Of a stretch of 64,000 nt of DNA, positions 1 through 8,457 are shown piece by piece (position 1 is the first letter of the stretch; every line of letters starts with the position of its first letter). Position numbers and translations under genes: made by a program. This stretch comes from a virus (lineage: Duplodnaviria > Caudoviricetes): positions 1-64,000 of IMG/VR virus record IMGVR_UViG_2595698834_000001; one strand, written 5' to 3'. The notes beneath the pieces are model-generated. The model was not told where the DNA came from and searched no databases. It saw nothing but the letters and a program-made list of their open reading frames with translations.

Positions 1-117
1 GGGGTAGAGGGTATCACATAGGGTACCTACGCTTTATGGTAAAAAAACATACGGGGTGGGGTAGATGCCAGAATAGTCAGACAATTAACACCGAAAAGAA
101 AGAGGACATCTGCCCTC

Positions 118-462
118 TTATTCCGGTAGGTACTTGCCGCCGTACCATTGACAATCTTCCTCCGACTCTTCTTCCCACTTCTCTTCATATTCATCGTCTA
201 GCTTATACCCTCTTTCAGATACGTATATAAGTGGTCGTTCTCCTTCATTGAATGCATACGCCGCAATCAATTGCTTTTTAGTTAAGCTGCTTAAAACGCC
301 TTTTAGCTGCTGCATTGGAATTTTTGTCGCTGCTGCGATCTCCTCTGCGTATACGTCCGAATAGTACTTGTCATAAATGCCTTCTGTTAAGAGATAAGTC
401 ATGACCTTACCTTCCATGTCTGTCATCTTACCTGCCGCTTGTAGTTCAGTGATCTTTTTCAT
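118..462 (-). CDS. winged helix-turn-helix protein with acidic tail
   Basis: Start moved to ATG 462 (RBS AGGAGCGG), downstream of the promoter at 503-531. VYAEEIAAATKIPMQQLKGVLSSLTKKQLI plus a beta-wing fits a MarR-like wHTH. Confidence 0.7.
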   Translation of the reverse strand: MKKITELQAAGKMTDMEGKVMTYLLTEGIYDKYYSDVYAEEIAAATKIPMQQLKGVLSSLTKKQLIAAYAFNEGERPLIYVSERGYKLDDEYEEKWEEESEEDCQWYGGKYLPE

Positions 463-502
463 CTTAACCGCTCCTTTATGTATTGCTTTATTTGTTACCT
501 TT

Positions 503-531
503 AGTATATCATGGGGTTGATTTACTGTCAA
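503..531 (-). promoter_or_regulatory. sigmaA-type early promoter TTGACA-N17-TATACT with palindrome over -35 (first of more than 20 copies)
   Basis: tgtcaa at 526-531 and agtata at 503-508 on the + strand; inverted repeat GGGGTTGA..TCAACCCC. Confidence 0.9.
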
Positions 532-552
532 CCCCTTTTAGTGAAAAAAGTT

Positions 553-792
553 TTAAAGAGAGAAAGCCGTATTGAAGTTATCAATGTGTATCATGCCGCC
601 GTACTCAAATATCCGTGTACTGTAGACAATATCACCTGTGATATGGGAATGCTCGAACTGGATCATGACATCATCGTATAACTCACTGTTACGCTTGTTC
701 TTCCATACAGGTATATAGCTAATAGTGTCACTCCGCATATACCGCTCTATATTATCCCTGTCTGTATACCCTACTAACATTGGACTATTCAT
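553..792 (-). CDS. hypothetical early protein
   Basis: ORF track; start adjusted to the ATG overlapping the end of the upstream gene. Confidence 0.6.
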   Translation of the reverse strand: MNSPMLVGYTDRDNIERYMRSDTISYIPVWKNKRNSELYDDVMIQFEHSHITGDIVYSTRIFEYGGMIHIDNFNTAFSL

Positions 793-1075
793 CGAGTGCA
801 ACCCCCGTCCAACTGTCAATATACTTTTGTACCTCATGTTCATCGTGTATACGAATCGCAATTAGTTCACATGTCCAAGATGTCACAGGTTTAGCATGAA
901 TCACTAGATATTCAGTGCCTACCTTCTCCCCTGCAATGGTAAGGTCATGAGCGTCAAATATCACGTAGCTATCTTGGACAACTCCCTCATACTCATAGAA
1001 GTCGTATTCACCTTGTACCGCTTGATTAATCACGTCTAATAGTTCTTCTTTGTTAATAACCGTTTCTTTTTGCAT
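785..1075 (-). CDS. acidic hypothetical early protein
   Basis: RBS AGGAGCGG and its own promoter at 1117-1146. Confidence 0.8.
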   Translation of the reverse strand: MQKETVINKEELLDVINQAVQGEYDFYEYEGVVQDSYVIFDAHDLTIAGEKVGTEYLVIHAKPVTSWTCELIAIRIHDEHEVQKYIDSWTGVALDE

Positions 1076-1165
1076 GTTAACCGCTCCTCTTATGTAATGT
1101 CTTATTTGTTAACTCTAGTGTAACATAAGGGCTGACTTAGTGTCAACCCCTTTTAGTGGAAATGA

Positions 1166-1561
1166 TTATAAATCTTTAATCATGTCGTAAAGCTCGTTAG
1201 ACATAGAGGCTATAACTTTACGTTCCCTAGCAGATATAATCAGTTCAGCGATGTCCGTAAGGTTTGTGTCAAACTCCGTAGGTGGGTAAGAGCGGCTGAA
1301 TGAGCCGATGTCGCTCAAATAGTCGTAACAGATAATAAACTCGTCTTCTACATCATACATATCGTTTTTGCTTGTTAATAGAACGGCACTATACGGATCA
1401 TTCTTAAATGTATGATAGAAAAACTCCTCCGTATTGTTGTGTACAGTAAACCCGAACAACTCACTACACTCCGTGTCTAACTCCTGTAAAATCTCTGCTA
1501 GTTCTCCAATGTTCTTTAGTAGGTAATCCTCAACCGCTTCTAACTTCTCTTCTCTTGTCAT
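1166..1561 (-). CDS. acidic early protein, paralog family A
   Basis: RBS AGGAGGGG and own promoter; shares motifs with 3146-3559, 3855-4301 and 5007-5420. Confidence 0.8.
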   Translation of the reverse strand: MTREEKLEAVEDYLLKNIGELAEILQELDTECSELFGFTVHNNTEEFFYHTFKNDPYSAVLLTSKNDMYDVEDEFIICYDYLSDIGSFSRSYPPTEFDTNLTDIAELIISARERKVIASMSNELYDMIKDL

Positions 1562-1727
1562 ATGTAACCCCTCCTAATTGTTATTGTACTTCTAGTGTAA
1601 CATCTTATTGACTTACTGTCAACCCTTATTTAAAAATATACCCTGTCTAATGACTCCCACGACACTAGATAGGATAATGCTCCAATGGTACCTTTAGTAT
1701 ACACCATGTATCAGATCATGTCAACAA

Positions 1728-1937
1728 TTATTTATAGATACTAGCGCCATCTGCCTCAACCAGTTCCCCGTCATGGCTTTCTAATATATACCAATGTACT
1801 TCATCCTCGATCTCCCTGCTGTGGACTGTAAAGAGTGTATCGTTTGTAAAACCATACTCCTTCATCATTTCATAGTCCATATTTACCTTTACTTTTTCTC
1901 CTACCTCATATTCGAATACTTCATTTGTCGTTTTCAT
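1728..1937 (-). CDS. small acidic SH3-barrel-like protein
   Basis: RBS GAGGAGGG; YEVGEKVKV...TV..R....WY.L pattern. Confidence 0.7.
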   Translation of the reverse strand: MKTTNEVFEYEVGEKVKVNMDYEMMKEYGFTNDTLFTVHSREIEDEVHWYILESHDGELVEADGASIYK

Positions 1938-1951
1938 GTTACGCCCTCCTC

Positions 1952-2341
1952 TTAAGAAAAATCAAGCATTGTACTAATAAATGCCGTTCGACTATCTTCC
2001 CTATTGTCATATGCTTCTGCTTCTAGTCCTATCTCATCCATAGGATAGCATATAATAGCATCAACCGCTAACTCTTCATCCGTGTTGCTGATAGTGCCTA
2101 GAATGTCTGTCATGTACATAGGGTTCAGATCGTTAATATCAATAACCCCTTTAGCAACAATGAAAGCAGGATGACCATGTACAGTTATATCCGTCCACGT
2201 TACTACCTTTACCTTACCGCTAGGCACACCCTCCATAGTCGTGAGTACCTCCGCTTTATCCCCTACCGTAAAACTAGACCATATGTTACCCCATATGCTA
2301 CCGTCATCAGGTAATCGTCTAACCTCTGCCATATGTACCAA
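1952..2341 (-). CDS. hypothetical early protein
   Basis: RBS AGGAG; own promoter at 2366-2395. Confidence 0.75.
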   Translation of the reverse strand: MVHMAEVRRLPDDGSIWGNIWSSFTVGDKAEVLTTMEGVPSGKVKVVTWTDITVHGHPAFIVAKGVIDINDLNPMYMTDILGTISNTDEELAVDAIICYPMDEIGLEAEAYDNREDSRTAFISTMLDFS

Positions 2342-2671
2342 CTCCTAATTTGTTATTGTAACTTTAGTGTAACACGATTGTTTACTTAGTGTCAACCCCT
2401 TTATAAATTTTTTAAATTGTTTGACAACTATTACAGTATTTTTCAGAATATTTAGACTTATGCCACTGATATTTGCTATAATTTACGTTTATTTGTGATA
2501 CAATGCGTATAGAACCCCGTATTTGCCCATTTATAGCCTCGTAGAGCGGTTTTATATGCCGAGTAGACTAAATACACTAGATACCCCCTAAAAATCCGCC
2601 CTGCGCCGTCTAATCCTTCTAGATGCGAATGATATACTCTAGCTTACTGTCCATTAAAGATCGGTGCCCGG

Positions 2672-2746
2672 GGTTTGAAAGTTTTTTAATGGTTTAATGG
2701 TTTATTAGTCTAATGGTTTAATGGTTTAATGGTTTGAAAGTTTTTT
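2672..2746. repeat. 8-bp tandem repeat (TAATGGTT x5 plus one degenerate copy) flanked by a direct repeat GGTTTGAAAGTTTTTT
   Basis: Copies at 2687, 2695, 2711, 2719 and 2727; flanks at 2672-2687 and 2731-2746; lies in a non-coding gap of about 460 bp. Confidence 0.9.
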
Positions 2747-2799
2747 GTTTTTTATCCGTTTGTGCGTCTTGTTGCTCTCTATTCCTTATTCCCTGCCGT

Positions 2800-3069
2800 C
2801 TATGAATTAATGTAGTAATGGAACCTACTCCCGTAGTGTTGGTAAAACTCCTCTTTAGTCCAGTGTTTAACCTTCTCTATATATGCACTTGCATGGTTCA
2901 TGGCATACAGTATCTTACCCTCTTCTGATAAGGAAAGAAATGTTTTAGCTTCTAGTGTATTATTGTTTACTGTCCATCCTTCATCTAAGGTACTTTCAAA
3001 TTCCACTTCGTATATTTCTTCTAGTAGCTCTTTTAAATCAGATTGGTGTAACACGTCTTTTACTTTCAT
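2800..3069 (-). CDS. hypothetical early protein
   Basis: RBS AAGGAGG. Confidence 0.75.
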   Translation of the reverse strand: MKVKDVLHQSDLKELLEEIYEVEFESTLDEGWTVNNNTLEAKTFLSLSEEGKILYAMNHASAYIEKVKHWTKEEFYQHYGSRFHYYINS

Positions 3070-3145
3070 GTGTACTACCTCCTTTAGACTTTAGACTTTA
3101 GAACATGACTCGCTGCGTGACATGTTTCTGTTTCTGTTTCTATAT

Positions 3146-3559
3146 CTACTCTTGTTCATATTTCTTTCTATCGTTAATAAGACTTTTCAGCTCATCAGTG
3201 AAATTAAACTCTAATTCGTCTGCATAGCTTACCAGTGTAAGGGCAATGTCTGTGATATGCTTTTCAATGGCTAATTCTTGGTTACGGGCTGATGTGGAAC
3301 AAAGTTGATTCCCGCTAAAGAAGAAGTAAGGTAAGTGCGCCTTGTAGTTTCCGCTTCTTGTGGCGTTAAGTGCTTCACTTGGTTTTTCAAATAGTTCGTC
3401 TATGACTTCGTTTGTGTTTCGGTAGGCTTGCACGTCTTGCAATGGATAATAGTCATAAGGGTATACAACATTTATATAATCCATCGTCTCTTCTAGGTTG
3501 CTTAACAAATACCTTTCAATTGCTTTTCTTGCTTTTACTATTTCATCCATCATGGTCAT
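3146..3559 (-). CDS. early protein, paralog family A
   Basis: RBS AAGGAGG; YLL.N, F..P.EA and I.DIA motifs. Confidence 0.8.
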   Translation of the reverse strand: MTMMDEIVKARKAIERYLLSNLEETMDYINVVYPYDYYPLQDVQAYRNTNEVIDELFEKPSEALNATRSGNYKAHLPYFFFSGNQLCSTSARNQELAIEKHITDIALTLVSYADELEFNFTDELKSLINDRKKYEQE

Positions 3560-3605
3560 TTGTGTTACCTCCTTAATGTTTTTTTGTTTCTCTTGTCTAT
3601 ATACC

Positions 3606-3824
3606 TTATCTAATGATATCCGTCCACTCGTCTAGTTCCCACTCACTTATATAGAGTTTAAGGTCTCTATAATCATAGGTAACTCTATCAGCCTGCCTAT
3701 AGAATACTTTCTTACAGTCTTCAATAAACTGACGTGCCTTATCTTCTGTAGAGAATAGCCCTAGTGTTTCCGTACCATCATAGTTGTTATAGTAATACAC
3801 TTCATATATCTTGTTGTTATTCAT
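3606..3824 (-). CDS. hypothetical early protein
   Basis: RBS AAGGAGG; LGLFSTEDKA motif common in small phage proteins. Confidence 0.75.
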   Translation of the reverse strand: MNNNKIYEVYYYNNYDGTETLGLFSTEDKARQFIEDCKKVFYRQADRVTYDYRDLKLYISEWELDEWTDIIR

Positions 3825-3854
3825 TTATTCATTCCTCCTTTACTTGTGGTTTGT

Positions 3855-4301
3855 TTAGTTTCGTCTTCTTGGAAATTCATCTGATAACTGGTCTACAAGA
3901 TCAGCAATGCCCTTCTTAAAGTTAAAGTCTACTTTGTCTACACTGTGCAGGATCAGTTCGACAATATACAACATATCATACTCTAACAAGGGAGGGATCT
4001 TAAACGTCTCAAAGGACGTAACGTCTCCATTTCTATGATACATGACATAATCATCGTAATCGTATTGAGAATGGTCAATGGCTTGAATGGCTTCGTAAGG
4101 TGTTGTGAATGTTGAGTTAAAGAAAGTTTTGTCGTTAAGGTGCACCGTGTATTCTACTTCTTCTTTTAGTTGGTCATTGATCTCGTACATGTGGTCGAAT
4201 GCTTCGTCGATGTCCTCTAGAAATAAGATAGCTATCTGATGCATGATCTCTCTGTCTGTTTCTGTGTAGTGTCTTCCGTTTGATTGATTCATTTGTTCCA
4301 T
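3855..4301 (-). CDS. acidic early protein, paralog family A
   Basis: TVH.N...FF..TF..PYEA motif shared with 1166-1561. Confidence 0.8.
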   Translation of the reverse strand: MEQMNQSNGRHYTETDREIMHQIAILFLEDIDEAFDHMYEINDQLKEEVEYTVHLNDKTFFNSTFTTPYEAIQAIDHSQYDYDDYVMYHRNGDVTSFETFKIPPLLEYDMLYIVELILHSVDKVDFNFKKGIADLVDQLSDEFPRRRN

Positions 4302-4330
4302 CCCCCTATATGTAATGTTTATTTCTAACT

Positions 4331-4657
4331 TTAGTATATCATGAGGGATGACTTAGTGTCAACCCTCATATGAAAAAGAGTTTTATTTTTGTTTAGTAAA
4401 TGTAAAGGAGTTATAATTTCCTCTAAACGATCCGCCGCAACCTCTGCCGAGACTCCTTTGCTTCTATAGAGTATGTCTGATACCTCTGCGCTTGTCATTC
4501 CCTGTAATATGCTCCCGTATAGTTCATCTTCGCTAACGGTCACACGTGCCGCTAGTAGGTCAATTAGTTCCCCTCTAGTTAACTTAATTGTGACTACGTC
4601 TTGTAAGATCGTTTCTACACTTCTCGGTTCTACCTCAATATCTTTGATCTCGATCAT
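4331..4657 (-). CDS. hypothetical early protein
   Basis: ORF track; the 3' end runs through the next promoter. Confidence 0.6.
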   Translation of the reverse strand: MIEIKDIEVEPRSVETILQDVVTIKLTRGELIDLLAARVTVSEDELYGSILQGMTSAEVSDILYRSKGVSAEVAADRLEEIITPLHLLNKNKTLFHMRVDTKSSLMIY

Positions 4658-4686
4658 CCTTGGTCAACCCCTTCGCAAAGAAAGTT

Positions 4687-4929
4687 TTAAATAAAATCGT
4701 TTTGACTGATTCCGTTGTATTGCATGTCATTCATGCTCCCTCTTGCTCGTGCTTCTTCTAACTGGCTTTCTAGGTCTTCTAGGATGTCTTCTAGTTCTTC
4801 AATGTCTCCATTAATCTCGCTTACTCCATCATCAGCTTCCTCAGCTTCATCAAGATCAGTATACAACATTTCGATTTCGTCCTCTAATTCCTCTATTCTT
4901 TTTTCTAGTTCCTGTGTATTGTTTTTCAT
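4687..4929 (-). CDS. very acidic coiled-coil protein
   Basis: ATG 4929 with RBS AAGGAGG; heptad-patterned E/D-rich helices. Confidence 0.75.
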   Translation of the reverse strand: MKNNTQELEKRIEELEDEIEMLYTDLDEAEEADDGVSEINGDIEELEDILEDLESQLEEARARGSMNDMQYNGISQNDFI

Positions 4930-5006
4930 ATGTATTACCTCCTTTAGTTGATAAGTAAAGTGTAACATAAGGGCTGATTTTTTGTCAACCCTTATGAGAG
5001 TATTTT

Positions 5007-5420
5007 TTATTCGTCTTCATCCTCTTCGTCTTCTTGCTCGATGATATCCACCAATTCAGCAGATAAGTCAATATTATCTTTATGCTTGATCACGGCGTTT
5101 GCGATCTCTTCAATATCGTCTTTCATTTCTCTAATGATCGTATATTCATCAGCAGACACTAGGTTTTCATACTCGTCATATCGAACATAATCGTCACCAT
5201 AGCTATATTCTCCAAAACAAACTGCTCGCACGGCTTCCGCTGGTCTACCTGTAAAGTACGTTTCGAAAAATTCTTCGTCGTTATCGTACCAATTATGACG
5301 ATGATATAGGGCACCATTCCATGAGTTAACCTCATTCACCGTCTGCCGCAATTCGTCCTCATTTTCTAGTAAATACGCCTTTACCTCTTCAAATACTTTT
5401 TTCTCTGTCATATTAAACAC
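5007..5420 (-). CDS. acidic early protein, paralog family A
   Basis: YLLEN..EL, NDEEFF..F..P.EAV and IEEIA motifs; acidic tail. Confidence 0.8.
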   Translation of the reverse strand: MFNMTEKKVFEEVKAYLLENEDELRQTVNEVNSWNGALYHRHNWYDNDEEFFETYFTGRPAEAVRAVCFGEYSYGDDYVRYDEYENLVSADEYTIIREMKDDIEEIANAVIKHKDNIDLSAELVDIIEQEDEEDEDE

Positions 5421-5655
5421 GTCCTTTCGAATATTTTCCCGCCGTTTGTTCGGCTTTCCATAGAATATGTTGTGCCTGTTTCAAGTCTTCCAGTGCGCCG
5501 CCTGCGTAAATGTCTTTTTGTAACTCCTGCTGAATACTTACGAGTAGGTCAACCTTACTATTCCACCATGCGCCGTGGTCTAACTCATTTTCGACTCTTG
5601 CCGCTGCTATTGCTAACTCTTGCGCTTCTCTTAAAAGATCGTTTACTGTTACCAT
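5413..5655 (-). CDS. hypothetical early protein
   Basis: ATG 5655 with RBS AGGAGG, downstream of its promoter. Confidence 0.7.
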   Translation of the reverse strand: MVTVNDLLREAQELAIAAARVENELDHGAWWNSKVDLLVSIQQELQKDIYAGGALEDLKQAQHILWKAEQTAGKYSKGRV

Positions 5656-5731
5656 GTGTTTTGTACCTCCTGTTTTGTTTGTAACTTTAGTGTACCACAA
5701 GGGTTTATAAAATGTCAACCCCTATTTAAAA

Positions 5732-5944
5732 TTAATTGTCAAAGTCATAAGTATGAATGTTCTGCTCTAGTGCCCATGCGCCCGCATCTTCCACGTACCG
5801 TATAAAGTCCACTAGACGAGTAGTGCTTATCTGCGCATCAGATAATAGGCTATATAGAGAGCCTTCAAAAGTCCCTTGACGAATTGCATATGTGCGACGT
5901 ACACCATAACTTACAGTGTTGATAAGGACAGGTTTTTCAGTCAT
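5732..5944 (-). CDS. hypothetical early protein
   Basis: ORF coupled to a 21-codon upstream ORF. Confidence 0.6.
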   Translation of the reverse strand: MTEKPVLINTVSYGVRRTYAIRQGTFEGSLYSLLSDAQISTTRLVDFIRYVEDAGAWALEQNIHTYDFDN

Positions 5945-5999
5945 TCGTCATCATCCTCTTCTGTAGCTCTCAAAATTGTGATTGCTTCTTTATTCATTA

Positions 6000-6392
6000 T
6001 ACCCATCTCCTTTTAGTTATGTAGTGTGGTGTAACTGTCTTTCTAGTTCTAGTGTATCAAAGGGTTGACATTGTGTCAACCCTTATTTTAGTCTTTTTTA
6101 GGGTGATATTTTTGAGGTAACAGTATTCTTTTAAAATTCCAACCTCCTCCATAAGCCTCACGGTAATTAGCTAGTAAGTATTTATATTCATCATAGTCTT
6201 TCGCATAGTCCGCATGTTCCCATTCTCTTTCACCTGCCATTCGGCATAACATCTGATACCTATATCCTTCTTGTGGATCATACGCTTTTGGATACGCCAT
6301 TTTACCCATCTCCTTTTAATTTATGTAGTGTGGTGTAACTGTCTTTCTAGTTCTAGTGTATCAAAGGGATGACATTGTGTCAACCCTTATTT
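6000..6392 (-). repeat. near-identical duplicated promoter plus leader of about 90 bp (about 6000-6088 and 6303-6392)
   Basis: tacccatctcctttta..tatgtagtgtggtgtaactgtctttctagttctagtgtatcaaaggg(t/a)tgacattgtgtcaacccttattt occurs twice. Confidence 0.9.
6088..6309 (-). CDS. hypothetical early protein (Tyr-rich)
   Basis: RBS AAGGAG; own promoter. Confidence 0.8.
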   Translation of the reverse strand: MGKMAYPKAYDPQEGYRYQMLCRMAGEREWEHADYAKDYDEYKYLLANYREAYGGGWNFKRILLPQKYHPKKD

Positions 6393-6693
6393 AATAAAAA
6401 CTTTTGTTGTGTGTTGTTTCGTACTCGACCACCTCATGAAGAGCAGGAACCCGTATGGCAGAAATGTTATAGTTGATTTCCAAAAAGTCGATCTTTCCTT
6501 GATCGTCTGTACAATTCAGTTTTTCTAAAATTTCGTTGTACTCATCGTCCGTTATATCGTTGTCCCTACCCACTAAACTAGATATAAATGATTGGTTAGC
6601 CATGTAGTCCTCAACATAAATTTCGAACAAGGTGCCAAGATCAGTTACTTTCAGTAGTTCTCCTGTGTCGTGGTCACGAAAAAGATATTTCAT
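6391..6693 (-). CDS. acidic hypothetical early protein
   Basis: RBS AAGGAGGG; own promoter. Confidence 0.75.
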   Translation of the reverse strand: MKYLFRDHDTGELLKVTDLGTLFEIYVEDYMANQSFISSLVGRDNDITDDEYNEILEKLNCTDDQGKIDFLEINYNISAIRVPALHEVVEYETTHNKSFY

Positions 6694-6780
6694 TTTAAGC
6701 CCTCCTTTTGTTGGTACTTCTAGTGTAACATGGTAGACGACATAACGTCAACCCTTATTTGCAAAAAAACTTTACAGCGG

Positions 6781-6909
6781 TTAAGAATCTTTGTTTAAAC
6801 AGTTATCGCAAGCGTTGCAAGACCAACAATAACCACACCCGCAATCTTCACCGCCACAATCGCAACAATCGTAAATATCGTCACAACGACATGTATTATC
6901 CTTTTCCAA
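6781..6909 (-). CDS. 42-aa Cys-rich (11 Cys) metallothionein-like microprotein, absent from the ORF track
   Basis: TTG start, RBS AAAGGAAG, own promoter at about 6936-6965; MEKDNTCRCDDIYDCCDCGGEDCGCGYCWSCNACDNCLNKDS. Confidence 0.75.
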   Translation of the reverse strand: MEKDNTCRCDDIYDCCDCGGEDCGCGYCWSCNACDNCLNKDS

Positions 6910-6970
6910 CGTTAGCACTTCCTTTCTATACTTCTAGCGTAACATGGAAGATGACATAAAGTCAACCCCT

Positions 6971-7522
6971 TTATTTCATAAAACTTAAAACTTTTTTGTG
7001 TAACTTGAAACTTGCCATGTCTACCGTATAGTCATCAAACAAAAGCATATAGTTGTCCATGTAGTGGTGAACAAAGTGATCAAACTGATTGTTTACATCA
7101 TGGCAAAAGTTTATATCTTGCTGAAAGCGTAAAGATAATGCGTTTGCGGCTTCTTGGCAGGCGTTAAAAGCTGTACGTTGATAGAAAGTATTGTTTGGCT
7201 CTTCTGATAGCCTAGAAAGGCTATCACGCATCATATCAGTATGGTACTTTGCATCATCTGTGAGTAAAGCAGGAATAGAAGCGTCCATATCCGAGAAGCT
7301 CATGTAAAACTCATTCAAGAAGTCTTTATGAACACGGATGAAGCCGCCAACGTCACCAAGTCTATAATAATCAACGTACTCGCATAAGAACGCCATCTTT
7401 TCCGCCACATAGTGACGTTCAGTTTTTAGGAGGTCTTCCGATACGTTGTATCTTAGTTTTGGGTTTCTATCCCATACTTGACGTAGTTCATATGTATTTA
7501 ATTCACGTAGATTCTTCTCCAT
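6971..7522 (-). CDS. early protein, paralog family B
   Basis: EL..VW..NPKL N-terminus shared with 7788-8360. Confidence 0.8.
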   Translation of the reverse strand: MEKNLRELNTYELRQVWDRNPKLRYNVSEDLLKTERHYVAEKMAFLCEYVDYYRLGDVGGFIRVHKDFLNEFYMSFSDMDASIPALLTDDAKYHTDMMRDSLSRLSEEPNNTFYQRTAFNACQEAANALSLRFQQDINFCHDVNNQFDHFVHHYMDNYMLLFDDYTVDMASFKLHKKVLSFMK

Positions 7523-7585
7523 TGTAATCACTCCTATTTGTTGGTATCTTTAGTATAGCAAAGGGTTGATATAATGTCAACCCTT

Positions 7586-7711
7586 TTACAAGAATTTTTT
7601 ATGTAGTGCCGCAAACTGCTTATCAAGTTGGGCAACCATTTCACTTTCAGTCTTACACCGCTTTTCAATTCGTTTTCTGTTCGCTAGTGTGTTCATGAGT
7701 GCTTTCCACAT
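7586..7711 (-). CDS. 41-aa basic microprotein
   Basis: RBS AAAGGGG and own promoter; MWKALMNTLANRKRIEKRCKTESEMVAQLDKQFAALHKKFL. Confidence 0.6.
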   Translation of the reverse strand: MWKALMNTLANRKRIEKRCKTESEMVAQLDKQFAALHKKFL

Positions 7712-7787
7712 AATACCCAACCCCTTTCCTTGATAACTTAATGATATCAAAGGGTTGATATTGTGTCAACCCTTTATTTAATTTTCT

Positions 7788-8360
7788 TTAAAAACTTTCT
7801 GTTACTGTTTTAAATAGCTTATATTCGTTTTTAGGTTCTACATAATAGTCATCATCCATGCGGACAGGTGCATAGAAGTCTAGGAAATAGTCTAGTGCGT
7901 TGGAATCAACATAACAACAATCTAAAGCGTGTTCCATAAGCTGTGCTATGTTATCGGCAACACCGTCGCAAGCCCTGTGAAAGATATCTTCTAGTTCTTC
8001 TAATACCTCTGCGTCTGTCTCTTCGTCGGCTAGCTCATAGGCATCTCTTGTAGAATTCATTTCATTTATTGCTTTTTTATCTTCTTCATCTTGAAGCAAG
8101 CCCATCTCTCTCGAAAGCCTCTCAGCACCCTCTACAAACCCTTCGTAATCGCCAATGTCGATATATGATGGATTGTGCGCTCCTACGCTCCAGTCGGATA
8201 AATACGGCTTTAGATAGTCAAGTCTTTCCGAAACCCAATGCATTTCACTATCCATAAAATCTTCTTTAACCTGCTCTTGTAGTTTTGGGTTGTTTTCCCA
8301 AACCTTTTTTAATTCGTCTTGTGTTAGTTCTTCAATTAGTTTCTTTTCCATTCTTCCCAT
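7788..8360 (-). CDS. acidic early protein, paralog family B
   Basis: Paralog of 6971-7522; own promoter. Confidence 0.8.
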   Translation of the reverse strand: MGRMEKKLIEELTQDELKKVWENNPKLQEQVKEDFMDSEMHWVSERLDYLKPYLSDWSVGAHNPSYIDIGDYEGFVEGAERLSREMGLLQDEEDKKAINEMNSTRDAYELADEETDAEVLEELEDIFHRACDGVADNIAQLMEHALDCCYVDSNALDYFLDFYAPVRMDDDYYVEPKNEYKLFKTVTESF

Positions 8361-8457
8361 CTCCTTTAGGGTTTATGTATTGCGTGAATGTTTCTGTCTT
8401 GCTTAACTCAATGATATCAAAGGATTGACTTAATGTCAACCCTTATTTAGATTTTTT

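Noticed and set aside
3082-3140. Short repeats (CTTTAGA x3, TGTTTC x3)
   Set aside because: Simple slippage-type microrepeats with no supporting context.
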